Shown here: positions 23,915 to 37,194 of the stretch, in pieces
How positions within the stretch are numbered: position 1 is the first letter of the stretch
Layout of the letters: every line of letters begins with the position of its first letter
Assembly: GCA_964234715.1 (NCBI GenBank)
Contig: OZ174279.1
Reading direction: 5' to 3' (one strand)
DNA: 64,000 nucleotides
From: Podarcis melisellensis
Taxonomy: Eukaryota
Made by a program: the position numbers and the translations under genes
The notes under the pieces: model-generated
The model's database searches: none
What the model was told of the DNA's origin: nothing
What the model saw: the letters and a program-made list of their open reading frames with translations, nothing else

Positions 23915-25046
23915 CATGGTGGATAGTTCGACGAAGATCTTGACCCAGTGTGCAGCAGCTGTGAAAATGGCAAATTCCATGCTATGCTTCATCAGAATGA
24001 ACTGATTGTAAAACTGTCAATATCATAATACCATTATGCAAGGGGGAGCGGGTGGCACTGTGGTCTAAACCACTGAGCCTCTTGGGCTTGTTGATTGGAA
24101 GGTTGGCAGTTTGTATCCGCACGACGGAGTGAGCTCCTGTTGCTCTATCCCAGCTTCTGCCAACCTAGCAGTTTGTAAGCACACCAGTGCAAGATGTACC
24201 GCTGTGGTGGGAAGGTAAATGGCATTTCCGTGGCTCTGGCATTCGTCACGGTGTCCTGTTGCGCCAGAAGTGGTTTAGTCCTGCTTGGCCACATGACCCA
24301 GAAAGCTGTCTGTGGACAAATGCTGGCTCCTTTGGCCTGCAAAGCGAGATGAGCACTGCAATCCCATAGTCGCCTTTGACTGGACTTAACCGTCCAGGGA
24401 TCCTTTACCATTAACCATTATACAAATCTATGGTATGATCACACTATATATTTTGTGTACTCTTTTGGCTACCTTGGATCAAAAAGGATATTGTAGAACT
24501 GGAAAAGGTTCAGAAAATGATCAAGGAAGGGATTGGAAAGGTTGAGGAAAGGTTACATAGCATCTGGGGCTTTTTAAGTTAAGAGAAAAAACAAAGAGAA
24601 GACATGATAGGAGTGTTTAAAAGTATCCACAGTATAGAGAGGTGGAGAGAGAATATTTTCTCTTCTCTCATAATACTACAGCCCAGGGTCATCAAATTAA
24701 GCTGAATGTTGGAAGATTCAGGACAGAGTAGTTTTTCACACAGCATGTAGTTAAACTGTGGAATTTGCTCCCATGAGAAGTAGTGGTGGCTACCATCTTG
24801 GATTGCTTTAAAAGAGGATTAGACAAATGAATGGTGGATAAGGCTGTGATCTACTTCCACTTTTGGAGGCAGTATGCTTCTGAATGCCAGTTGTGGGAAT
24901 CACAAGTGAGGGAGTGCTGTTGTGCTCAGGTCCTGCTTTGCGGCTTTAGGGCTTGCCATGGGCTTCTGTTTGGCCAATGTGAGAACAGGACGCTGCACTA
25001 AATGGGCCATTGCCTTTATCCAGAAAGCGGTGCTTATGTTCTTATG
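23915..25046 (+). mobile_element. CR1 LINE 3' fragment (decayed ORF2 C-terminus + 3'UTR), interrupted by a Sauria SINE
   Basis: cagtgtgcagcagctgtgaaaatggcaaattccatgct; remnant KKDIVELEKVQK reading near 24481; ttaaaagaggattagacaaat; ends ttatgttcttatg. Confidence 0.9.
24042..24413 (+). mobile_element. Full-length Sauria SINE with a 12-bp TSD
   Basis: Head gggggagcgggtggcactgtggtctaaaccactgagcc, core gccaacctagcagttt...ggccacatgacccagaaagctg, tail cctttacc. TSD ACCATTATRCAA at 24030-24041 and 24414-24425. Confidence 0.95.
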
Positions 25047-25689
25047 GCTAGGAGAAAGAACATCATTTTTGTCAAGGGTTTTGCTGGGGATTCCTACATG
25101 ACAGCTTGGATGAGTTAATTCAGTGTACCTGATTGTCACAAGTTGCATGCAATGGCTGTATGGTACCAATCCTCATGCCATTCCCCACTTGCCCATTTAC
25201 AAACGGAGAGAATTACAGAGTTGGCACATGATAAAATTTTGTGCAACTCAGTAAAAGGATGGAGTTACTTGTGCTGGACAACTACATTTCTGCTTGCCTG
25301 CTTTTCTCTTCCTCCTGTGCAGTACTGGGATTTCCCCCTGATTGGGGGGGGGGGGAGGCTCAGGGGGAGGAGAGTGAGGGGATCATTCCATTGGGCAAGC
25401 AGAAATGTAGTTGCATCAGTGGGAGACATTGTGCTGGTTTGTGCTAGTGGAAACAGGTTAGTTGAATCTGGCCCTAAAGCCAAAATAACACACTGAGGAT
25501 AACCGTGTTGCACAATGTGAACGGCAGTGTCAGGATGAAGGGATTTCCTGTTTGAATGTTCCTCTTCATAGGATAATGAAAAATAGAAATGAGTCACATT
25601 TAGAAAAAGCTAAATACTTTAGGATGAGACCTAGATTACAATTCATTTTCCTACTGTGCTACTTTTTGGTGTACATGGTTTGGTTTTAT

Positions 25690-25749
25690 TTGTTTTTCAT
25701 TTGTATTACTTACGTTGTTGTAACTCACCCTGGAATCTTAGGATGAAGG

Positions 25750-25781
<32 letters not shown>
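25690..25781 (+). mobile_element. L2-like 3' tail with (TAA)n
   Basis: ttgtaactcaccctggaatcttaggatgaagggt followed by (taa)n. Confidence 0.6.
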
Positions 25782-25783
<2 letters not shown>

Positions 25784-27564
25784 GCCTGATTAAACATTAA
25801 ATGCATGTAACATTACCCTGATGTCACTTTTTAAACAGTAGAATTGGAAGGGTGTGTGCTGAACCCTCTCTTCTTCCATTTTCTTGCACTAAATCACCTC
25901 TCCAAAAATAGCTTCTCACTAAAATATATATCAGAGCAATGTAACATCCAGAAGAGTGGAGAATTTTATACAGAGGAAATCAGTTAGGTATCCTATTCTG
26001 CCACCAGCAGTTTGAATCTGTACAATCCCAGTAGGGCTGTATCACATAATCATTCTAAATATTCAAAACTAGCATGAGAACTAGCACAATATTATCTTAC
26101 TTTGGGCTGAAACACTGCTGAACACGAAGTAGAAGGATATATGTTTGGGAAGTGACAGAGGCATTGCGGTACAGTAGGTGGATTGATTTACTTGTGCAAA
26201 CTGAAAAATTGTTCTTAATAATGCTGGCATCAGGGTTCTCAAGTTTGATAAGCACATGCTGATAAGTCCATTTGTTTCATTCTATATTATAGGGCTCTAG
26301 CAATAAGCATAGATATTAGAAAGTAAATCCTGTTTCAAAACTAGGCCTTGCCAATACTCTCCAAACATAGTATCCAGTCAGGCTTATAAACTGCCTTAAA
26401 GTGTGGATCAGGCCACTTGCCCAATGTTGGCCATGCTGACTTTCCATTTTCTCAAGCAGAGTTCTTTTCAAGTCTTGTTACTTGACAGCTTTCTTTTTAA
26501 GTGGGAGATGACAGGGATCGAGCCTCAGACCATGAGCTTGCTTACGTGTGCTCTCTCTCACCACGCTGCTTCTTTCTCAGCTTTGATTTAGCAGTGAGAA
26601 CCGCAAAGGTAACAAAATACAGAGAGACCTGCATAAAAAACATTCACCAGTGGGTGACGTGCATTCCTTTAGAATACTGGCATTGCTAGGAGAAGGTTGC
26701 TCTTCCTTAGGTGCAAACTCCTCCTCTTACTGTCCTAGAGTTCCACCTACAACCCAGGCCAGCGTGTTCTGAAAGCAGCTCACCCTCTTAACTTTTACTG
26801 GAGTAGCTCAGAGGACAAACTGCAGGAACCCTCTTCACTAACCTCTGCTTCACCCCTTTTAAGCTGTGAGTTTGAAGTTGTTTTGTGTTGAGATATGTTT
26901 TTTTCAAAACTGTCTTTTCAGCGTTATCATTTTTAAAAAGCTTGTTTAACTTTTATGTATGCACTTGGCAATGAGTTACTATAAAGCAAATAAAACGATG
27001 TCCCAGCTGCCTGGAAGGAGTGATACGGCAGATAGCATTCACACCCTCATCTTTGTATTCCATTCCTTCAAGGATATCAGTAAGTAAACAGTACCGAGAC
27101 GCTAATATGTTTAATAAAGAAACAATTTCTTGGGTCTCATGTTGTAACTGTGAGAAAGGTAACTCTTTCTCCCTATTTTTTGTTCAGGTGCTTTTCACTG
27201 ATATTGTCCATTTGGTATCGGTCTGGATGACCGCCAGAGTCAGGAGTGTTCTGAAAACTTAGAACCGTCTCTATGGGTGTCTGTAGCCAAGGCAGTTCAA
27301 AAGGTAGTAGTGATTTAGACTGGTTTCACCTGGGGGAGGGGGCTGGTTTCAAGTACAGGCACCCTAAAGAATGAAGTGTTTAGTGATGTATTAAAATTAA
27401 ATCTCTTTGAAGTGTTTCTACTCAAAAGATGCTATCTGCTAGGGTACTCTCCTGAGACACGGACATGAACTGGAGTTGTATCTGATGTGCTCTTGCACAG
27501 CTCCTGTTCATTTCAGTGAACTGTGTGGAGGAGCTCTTCTTGGCTGAATATACCCTTGGAGCAG

Positions 27565-27650
27565 TGGGCCTCTGTAGCGAAGCGTGGACTGTTTTTAATG
27601 TAGAAGCAAGTTCTTTCCTGACTCCGCCCAGGACATGTATTGGTGGGTCC
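27565..27650 (-). promoter_or_regulatory. Candidate Pol II core promoter (CCAAT, GC box, TATA-like)
   Basis: Minus strand: CCAAT 27643-27639, GGGCGGAG 27629-27622, ATTAAAAA 27599-27592, within a CpG-enriched repeat-free block. Confidence 0.35.
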
Positions 27651-28052
27651 AGAAGCGCAGGACCAACCTCCCCTTTTAATCATGCAGCATTGAACAGCTG
27701 CAGCCATTACTCCGAGTGCAGCATCCTCTTTTTGCTCTGCTGGCATAATGTCTAAAGCTCAGTCAAGTTTGCAAAGCTTTTAATATGTGACCTTCTCTCC
27801 TGATACAACAGCAAGACCAGGACAAAAAGAAATCCTCCAACTGCCCCTTAAAGCCTTTTGGGGTCCACATTGACCTTCGCCTTGCTTTTTGATACAGTCT
27901 TTTTGGAAATTCTGTTGTGCATGCCCTGTTGAAATGAGCAGTAGCGGTATAATTACAAGGGTTGGCCTAGATGATCATTAATATTTGGCATATAGTTGTT
28001 AAGGCAGTGATCCACTGCTGCCTCTGAGCAGATGTCCCAGACAAAAAGAACT

Positions 28053-28242
28053 GCAGACAGATCCAAAAGGCACGTTTAAATCACACAACTTCCCTCAAAG
28101 TATTCTGGGAATTGTAGTTTCCCTTCACAGGGCTATAATTCCTAGAACCCTTAACAAGCTACAGTTCACAGGATTATTTGGAGGAAACCATGTGTTTTAA
28201 ATGTGCATTGGGTGTCCTTTAAATGTATGGTGTGGATCTGCC
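28053..28242. mobile_element. Palindromic non-autonomous DNA element
   Basis: Ends cagatcca...tttaaa and tttaaa...tggatctg; internal ctgggaattgtagttt/ctacagttcacagg inversion. Confidence 0.7.
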
Positions 28243-30436
28243 TTAAGTCACCATCTCTCCTAGAAAAAAGGTTATGGGGCAATATGTGCTTTCTGTTGAA
28301 TGAGAAAGAGAGTGGGGTGGCCATCTTGTATATTCCCCCCCCCCCCCAGTACTGAGGAAAGTTCCTTGTTGGTATAACCCCTGGCAGTTAGGTGCAGTCA
28401 AAGGCAATTATGGGGTGTGTCACTCATCTCACTTCAGGCTAAGGGAGTCTGTGTTTGCCCACAGACACCTTTGCATTACTATATGTTGGACCAATGAGCT
28501 TACACAAATGCCCCCAATATAAGAACGATGTGATGAATGTGAAGCTTTATGTACACAGCACATGTTGTGGCTGTATGATCCTAGCTGTGGTAAAAGAAAC
28601 CCTAGGGTCTGCAGTCGCAAAGTTCAATCTGTTAGAGAAGTAGGAAGAATGGGAGGGGCAGGAGAACAAGTGAGAAGTAACAATGCCTCATCTAGAATGG
28701 TCCAACTCATTGAAAAGATGGTTTGACTATATATGTACTTTAATAACCTACTTGCTTACTTAAACTTTTAATATTTAATATTTGTTTGTGTAAGGTTGAC
28801 ATCTTGCGGCAGCTCATTACCACTGTTTTTAAAATTTATTATTTTAGTGATTATTTTTATAATTATGATGAATATCCATCTTGTATTTGTAAGTAGGAAG
28901 GTGGCTTGGAACAGGATTGTTTTTTTAAAAAAGAAGAAGCTTCCTTCTACTGAGTCAGAGAAACATTTGATGTAGCCAAGTCCCATCTCTCAGAAGAGTC
29001 TCAAGCAGAGGACTTTCCCAGCCATGTGTCTTGACATAACAACACAGGAAGGATTTCACTGATCGAACTACTTCTTCCTTGCTATGTGTATGATTTGATT
29101 CTGTGGATTTACTACTCAGTTTCATTACACTAATGCGGTTCAGAGAGAAAAAAAGTCCCCAATGTCTTAACACCTGGATTATTTTTAAGTTTTAAAATAT
29201 GTCTCTACATAGTCTAAGGATCCCAAGCCTATTTTCTCAGATGGTATAATAAGCATGCAAGGGCTTATCTCCTAATCAATGTAGCATCTGAAAAGAGCTT
29301 TTTTTCCCTGTGTGTTGAAAAATACCATGAACATTTTTTTCATAGCTTTCATGTTATGTGATTTGTTTAATGTTCTCTTGCCTTTGGCAAGTCTTAGAAA
29401 ATTATTTTCCCTTTAAAAGGCCGTCACCTCTTAGATGGTGCAAGGGAGTTGTTATATTCCTCTGTTATTTTTTTTCTATATATTTACTTATCAATTCTAT
29501 TCTCTGAATAGTTGTTGAAAGAACAAAAGTTTGTAAATTATACAACACCAAACAGTGAATCCAGTCCATGGCAGCAAGCCCAGACACTGTCAGATGTTTT
29601 TTCCTTTTCCTGGCTGGTTCTTGACAATTATTACGGATTACAGAAGTGTTAACATTTCTGTATTTAAACATTTTTGGTTGTTGTTTCTGTTAAGCATAGT
29701 CTGTACTCTATACTACAGCAAGTAGCCTTTTGTTAAACAGAAGGGTTGGCATTAAATTACTATATTTCTGATAGAGATTGGGAGTCAAAAGACCCTGGTT
29801 TCACTGTCTGTTCCTGAGCCCTATGTTAATTGTACACCATAATGTTTTTTATTCCCCCATGTAGCTATCAAACCCAAATGTTTTTCATTCATTTTATATA
29901 TTAATTTTCCAAATTTCTTATGCAAAAATGAAATTAGGCATTTACTTATGCTTAAGGGAAAATAGTGACAAAGTATGTATTGTTCTTTCTACAATATCAT
30001 GCTTGTTTTAGTAGATTCCCACCCAATCTAGTGATTCATTGGTTTGGGTAAAGAGCTGCTTAGTGTTCCCTAAAATGGAGTGATCTCTTATGAGGAAGTT
30101 ACTACCATTCTGCTTGAGACTACACTCAATTATCTTTACTTGCCGATTTTTGCCTCTGTTACCTACTTCCTTTCTGAGGCTTCTACAAGGTCTCAGTACT
30201 CCGATATTTAATTCAAAAAGTTGCTATCTAGCAGCCCTTGCAAGGGAATATAGAATATGTTGTTGTTGATAAGGGCATTGTAGCTAACTCTTTCTATCAA
30301 TGACTGAGATCCTGGAATGCTGAACAGTAACTGCAGCAGCTAACAGGATGTAAATTACAGGTCCAGAAGCTGAATATTCAGTGTCCAGGAATTTCTTAAA
30401 GATTCAGTTTGGAATGGAGATGGCAGGCTACAGAGC

Positions 30437-30728
30437 AATCCTGGTGAGGGGTTGGGGGTGCAGAGCACTGGACTCATCATCTGCAGCCCTGCTGGCCAGG
30501 GTGAAAGGGGTGTGCCTCCTTTTTTTGCTGAACTAGCTGCAGGCTGCAGCAGAGAGCCCCTCACCAGAAAATGGTGGATTCAAAATAGCTTTGAATCCAG
30601 TTGATGACTAGCTCTGCTCTTCCTCTGCCCCAGTGGAGGCTTCAATGGCAGCGGTGCCCAACTGAAGGACTCCTCTGTTTAATACCTATTCCCTCTAGCA
30701 GCACTGAGAAGGGGTTAAGATTGCAGCC
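30437..30728. mobile_element. Degenerate MITE-like element
   Basis: Loose terminal inverted similarity ggct..gcaatcc / aagattgcagcc; GC-richer than its flanks. Confidence 0.4.
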
Positions 30729-31197
30729 TTAGTCTCTGTTGCAGTCATCAGGTTAAATATGAGATCCCGGGATAAAGAAGGAATCAATAACTGATTCCCA
30801 TGTTTTGAAAACATGAAACCCACCTATTAACCAGGTCTGTCTCAAGCCTAAGAGAAACATAAAACCTCCTGCTTAGGTAGAACTTGGATGCAAAGAGAAA
30901 CATGGTAGTCTTTGTATTAGCAAAGCCAGAGATTAGTTTTTCATGATGCACTTTATGTGGAACTGTTTTTGAAGTTGGTCTGGTAAGTTTAGCTGGTGCA
31001 GAATGTTGCTGACAGCAGCACAGCTGCACTGACTGCCTTTATATTTCTGTGACCAATTCAAAATTCTGGTTTAATATGGATCTGGGCAGCAATATCAGAT
31101 GGAGCATCTCAGTGTGCTTCTTCCAAGAGATGTCCACATGGGAGAGGTCCTTTTATTGGTTGTATTTCTCTCAAACCTCCCACTCCACAAAACCCAC

Positions 31198-31226
31198 AAA
31201 CAAACAAACAAACAAACAAACAAACA
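31198..31226. repeat. (AAAC)n microsatellite
   Basis: Read directly. Confidence 0.9.
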
Positions 31227-31654
31227 ACTATGGAATTTTCTCCTCAAGTTAAATAGTAAACAAAGGCAGCCATGAGGGTCCATAAGAAAAAAACCCTGCA
31301 AAATCCACACTTTATTAGGACCAATCAGAATTCCACAAAAAACTGAGCAATGTTTCCAGTTATTCAGTGTACATTAATGTATAATTTGTAACTTGGTGCT
31401 CATGTTTAGTCTGAATTTTAAAAGAACTGAAATGAGGCAGATTGTCTTCCATGCATATTGGAAAGATTGAAACAAAAGCAAATGTTTCATATTGGGAATA
31501 CCTGTAATCATGTTCTCTTGGGACTTGGGACTTGGGTTTATACGTGCACATCTGAGGCAGTGAAGTCTTCCTTTGCATGTTGACTATCCCCCCTCAGTCT
31601 CATCTGAAAAGGCATTTCTCAAAAATTTAACCCTGCTACACAAAATTGCCAGTA

Positions 31655-31908
31655 CAGTGGTACCTTGGGTTAAGAACTTAATTTGTTCTGGAGGTCCGTT
31701 CTTAACCTGAAACTGTTCTTAACCTGAGGTACCACTTTAGCTAATGGGGCCTCCCACTGCTGCTGCTGCTGCTGCCGTGCCGCCACCGCGCACTTTCTGT
31801 TCTCATCCTGAAGCAAAGTTCTTAACCCAAGGTACTATTTCTGGGTTAACGGAGTCTGTAACCTGAAGTGTCTGTAACCTGAAGCATCTGTAACCCAAAG
31901 TACCACTG
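31655..31908. mobile_element. Tc1/mariner (pogo/Tigger-like) MITE with TA TSD
   Basis: TA|cagtggtaccttgggtt ... aacccaaagtaccactg|TA. Confidence 0.93.
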
Positions 31909-34203
31909 TATTACCACATCGAATGAAGTCTCACAAACAGCAATCTAAAGGAAGTAGCCTTTGTGTTACACTTTGCTAGGCTCAATAGAGACTGGATGAC
32001 ATGTTTCTAACTTCAAAAGTTCAATAATGAGCTTGTTCTAGAACCTTTTGAAAGGCTGTAGCCTTTGTATGTGTTTGCCAAGCTTTCCCTTCATTGTTCC
32101 ACAGTGCTAAATCCATAAATCATTTGCCTGACAAATATTCATGGTTTCTTGAGGCAAAGCTGGAGCGTTAACTGGCATAACCTATTGAAATATTCCTTCG
32201 CCAAATCTTGATAAACTAAAACAACTCTCTAGTAAGCATTGCTGTTTCTCCTCCTGCCTCCTTCATTATTTTGGCACAAGGGTGCTAGCTTTATGAAGAG
32301 CTTTGTTGAACCCTATGATGGTGTCTTGCCATTCTATATGGGAGAGTTTTGGTACTGAAAACTGAAGGTCTGTAAGGAAGGGAAAGAGGTGGCAACTAAA
32401 AACATCTTCTGTCACTTGCAAATCAGCTTAAGCAGGTTGTCAGAACTTACTTTTTAGTTTTGATGTACATAGATTGTAAAAGGATGTTGCCCACCAAAAT
32501 ACTAGGATGACAAGAACAGTGCCAGGTAGACATGCCCTTAATGGAAGAAGTGGGGTGCGAAAGCACAAATCTAATGAAAATGAGCTTTTGTGAGAGTACT
32601 GTACAGCTATGAGAGTAACAATGCAACTGTATGGCGAACAGAGTTATGATTATTTGTATATTGAGCTTTTTTAAGGATTAGGTGAGGTAGTGGTCCATAC
32701 TGTCAGTTATTGGTTTAATACAATATAAGACTAAGCAGTCAAATTTAACTTCAGTTTCACTAAAAACAAATTAAAATTTTATAATTTGAGAACATGTTTT
32801 TGAATACTTTTCAACACTCCCAATCCCCAGAATTTAAATCCAAAAGTTCTATTATATTGTGTTTCAACTGTGATCCTAGTTGACAGGTGAAATAGTAGTT
32901 TTGATTAAAATGCTTTCCACCAGTAATGATAGAGTGGAGAAATGACCCATTTTGTGATTATTACCAAGAATAGAGGCCAAATTTGCAATCAACTGTTGAG
33001 ATCATCTATGTATTATCTCCATTCTCACTTGCTGCCTTTGACCAGGCTTATAATAGTCACCACATGAAGAATACCAATGGCTTTAACATACTGTATTTAT
33101 CAAGAAATTCTTGAAACTCTGCAGATCTACTTCACAGAGAAACTGCTTGTATTCTTGTATTTGTTTCATGATAAGAAGGCATCATGGTGTTTTTAGAAAC
33201 CTAAGTTTTAGAATTCCTTTTACTTAATCAGGAATTTTTGGATGCTTATAGTGTAATGTTTCAGGGGAATTGCTTTTGTACTATGTATTCTGAAAGTCAG
33301 CAGAAAAATATTGCTCTTGGCTACTGTCCTGATTAAACCAGACATTTTAATGTGTATTATGATAGGTTATTTGATGGATAGTCACCTGTACCCTGTGATC
33401 TACTGAAACTTCGCCATTTGGGTTGAGCCTTAGTTGCTCAGTGTCATAATTTCCCATCTTTTCCTTGATTAATATTTCCTTTTGTGATCTGAAGGGGAAA
33501 TGTCTGGAGGTTTCTTTCTCCTTACAGCAATCACTTAGGATAAAGAGGGGATGATCTGTTGTGCCTTTAAAATGGAGAGATGCATTTTGTGGAAAAATTA
33601 TAGTACACAGTAAGTTGTATAAAACACTTCCTGGAGTTGGCAAGAAAGAACAATTAGGCAGTGAATTTGCTTATAATGATTTTATTTTGAAAAATCATTG
33701 GGCTTTTCATATACTGCTGACTGAATTTCCATATTAGATGTCATGTGTTTAAAACGCAACTTTTCCATATGCAGTAGTCATCAGGATTGATGATTGATTC
33801 ACATATGTATGTATAGTAGCTATTCAGTGACTCATGGCTGAATTATATCCATTGAAAAACACTGTATTTGAGATGACAGGAAAGCTCTGCCTGTAGTGAT
33901 GTGTAATAGCTGTTTGACACATGCAAATCCAGAGAGGGGTCTGAAGGCACATGATACAGTCCAGCTGCTGAAACTAAGCAGATCTGGGTCTGGTCATTGT
34001 GCTGATCATAGCTTTCATATAGTTCTCAGGCCGTCTAATCAGAGCTCCAAGGAGGAAGAGGGGTGCTTTCTTTTTATCTCTCTCTCATCACTTCCTGTTG
34101 CAGCCATCAACTGATGAATATACAGCATGCCTATTTGAGGCAGTTAATTGCTTTTATTAACCCTTGCAAGTGCAAACATAATTGATAATAATTCTCTCAT
34201 TTA

Positions 34204-34431
34204 CAGTGGTACCTCGGGTTACAAACGTTTCAGGTTGCAGACTCCGCTAACCCGGAAGTAGTACCTCGGATTAAGAACTTTACTTCAGGATGAGAACAGA
34301 AATCGTGCGCTGGTGACACGGTGGCAGCAGCAGGAGGCCCCATTAGCTAAAGTGTACCTCAGGTTAAGAACAGCTTCAGGTTAAGAGCGGACCTCTGGAA
34401 CAAATTAACTTCTTAAGCAGAGGTACCACTG
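34204..34431. mobile_element. Tc1/mariner (pogo/Tigger-like) MITE with TA TSD, inverted relative to the 31655 copy
   Basis: TA|cagtggtacctcgggtt ... gaggtaccactg|TA. Confidence 0.93.
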
Positions 34432-35479
34432 TATTTATTTTTCAGAATCAGTGACGTTTCAATTCCACTAAGGTAGAACAGAATTAACCTGCTTACAGTC
34501 CCCAATGAGTCTAAGCAGATGTGAATCCAATTCTTTCGGAACTAACCACTCTGTTATTTGGATTACACAGGCAGAGATTAAAAGCAGTTTCTGCATGGGG
34601 GCATCTACAGATGTCTTCTGCATAGACAATTGGAAATAGGTGTCAGACCTCTTCATGTGTCACTTGCATGAAGGACCAGTGCTGAGTGGTAGCACATACA
34701 ACCTATCTTCAAGGTCATATGATTCCTCCTGGCCCCTCACATGTGTAGGGATAATGTCTGAAGAGGAAGCCTTTTTTAAAAATCCATGTAGGTTCACCAT
34801 GTGGTTTTGAACCCTGGAAGATTCAGTTACTAGAGTCCTGCCGAGCATACGAGATAGAAAAGGCTTCCCACTTCACAGGGATAGCTTCAAAATTTATTCC
34901 TCAACACATGAGGCTGGAGCCATGTGACCTCAGGAGTAGAGCTAAACAAAGATTCCCATGGCCCTTTTCATCTGTGTTTATGAGTAATGTGTGAAGGGAG
35001 CTATGAGCCACCCTACATAGGGTGTTCATTCACATGTATTTCCTCCTGTGTTTTATTGTTTTTCAAATTACCTCAGTAGGTCATTGCAACAGGTGAGGTG
35101 AGTCTCTTTAATCCTTTTATTTCTGGTGGTTTCTGCACTAAAAGCCACCCTGCCCACTATTTTCTTATACCTGTATATTCCACTAATAGAGAAGAGCTTC
35201 CAGGGGGCAATCTTTAGCAGGAAGTTTGACAGAAGTGAAAGATTAAGAAGGCTCTCTTCCTCTCTCTTTGCCCATGCCAGTATTCCACAGCACCTGCAGC
35301 CTTTCTGGCTGCATATGTAGATAAAGGAAGCGGTAGTAAGGGAGTGGAAGCTATCTGCAAATGTGCTGCTTGCAGTTTGACCCTGAGGTATCTGGTAAAC
35401 ACAATTTCTTGTTTTACATGAGTGGCTTGTGTTTAGGCATCTTGATAGCTGCCTTTGCGCCCCGCCCCCCGCTGTGTGT

Positions 35480-35915
35480 ATTTATTTTTTTCAAATAAGA
35501 AATTACAAAATAAAATTGAAATGCATGCATCGCAACAGTGTCAGCACACAATAAAGGTAAGTTACGGGAACTAACAAAAGAAAAAAAGCATTTCTTACAT
35601 AAATCATCAAATGAAAAGAATCCAAGTCCCCAAAACTCTCTCCCGCTTCATTGAGATTAAAATGCACTTAAATACCATAAAAATAAATGTTAGTGGTCAT
35701 CATAACACCTCAATAAACATCAAAGAATATTTACTAAGTCTTAAGTAGACCATTTTAGGAATGTTAGCAAGTATACTCTAGAAAAGGGAAGCAAGCCATT
35801 AAGAAACGAGCCAGTCTAGATTGGCCCCCACTTTAGCCTAACGGATAAGCTTTTTCCATCACCAAACTGTATCACAATCGTGCCCGTTAAGTGATTCTTA
35901 TAAGCAAAAGGCTCT
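35480..35915 (-). mobile_element. Probable L1-clade LINE 3' fragment
   Basis: A poly(A)/AATAAA-like end on the minus strand near 35485. Frameshifted remnants resemble the L1 ORF2 C-terminal ...W...MEKL...W.PFLEY pattern. Confidence 0.5.
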
Positions 35916-37194
35916 GGTTTCCAGCCCTGTGAACACATAAAGCAGTGACGAGAGCTGCTCTTTACACAAAAGGAAGCTTGTCATGGAAAGGAGTAAAATC
36001 AGGTCCCTCTGCCACCTTACCTCGTTGTGGTTCACTGCCCTCCCTGCCCCATTCCAGCTCCACTACAGGGAGTGAGTCAGGCAGGGAGAAACAGCAGAAA
36101 GCAATAGAACATAGAAAGGTAATGAAGGGTGGGGAGGTTCACTCTTGTTCTCTCTGCAGTCCTTTTTGAATCAGTACTAAATCTGCAGACCCCAAAATGT
36201 GAATGAGCAAACGTGTTTAACGTGTACGTGGTTGCATCTCATGTCTGACTAGGCCTACAGCTTTTTGAAAGAGCATGCAACCCCTGAGCAACAGAGAAAG
36301 AATCTTCTGTTTGGAAGGTGTTGTCGCTGTACTAGGAGATATGTGTCTGGCTTAACACTTCCTTGCCACACCTTGTTAGAAGAGATTGTATCTTCAGTCA
36401 TCAAGCAATCTGAAAGCAAAGGGTACACAGGAAGATTCGTGCCTGTCTCTTCATAGTTCTATTCATCATTGTGTTGTTTTTTTAAAGTTCTTCAGAACTG
36501 AATGAGTTGCATCATTATTTTTAAAAAGGAAGAAAAAAGAAATCTTGTGACACTTGACTTGAAGCAAGAACAAAGACTCCATAAAAAATTATCAGGTGGA
36601 ACACTGAAAAGATAAGGCATGAATCCTTCTGTGTACTTATTGCTATACAGTTGTCTGATGATTGAAAGGATGACCTCTTCTAGCAAGGTGTGGTAAGGAA
36701 GTATGAAGCAAAACCCTTGTTTGCTGGCACAATGCCATCAATTTCTAGACGGAAGGATAAATTCTCCCCTTGCTCAATACAGGAGATTCAGTTTAATGTC
36801 TGGAACAGCCTGCAAAATTTGTAATCTATCAAGGAGAACACAACCCACCAGCCACATATGGTAGCCCACTAGGGGCTTGATAAACCCCTCCTATTTGCTG
36901 CCTGCCTGGCACTGTAAAAACTGTTGTTCACTGCATTTATTTTGTGGGTTATAAGTTGTGCAGACCTGATACAAGACCATACAGCACACAGGAGGGGAGA
37001 GTGCTTTTGTGTTAATGTTCTGTTTGCCGGTTTCCCATTGACATCTGGTTGGCCACTATGAGAACAGGATGCTATACTAGATGGGGCATTGGCGTGATCA
37101 AGCAAGTTATTCTTAGGTTCTTAATATTTAAAGTGACAATATATTTCAGGTGCTTGACATTCCCTTCTGCTTTTTATAGAACTGCTTCCCATGT

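Noticed and set aside
33965-34000. 5S rRNA-like ctgaaactaagcagatctgggtctggtca
   Set aside because: Too short and degenerate to call; at most a 5S-derived SINE relic.
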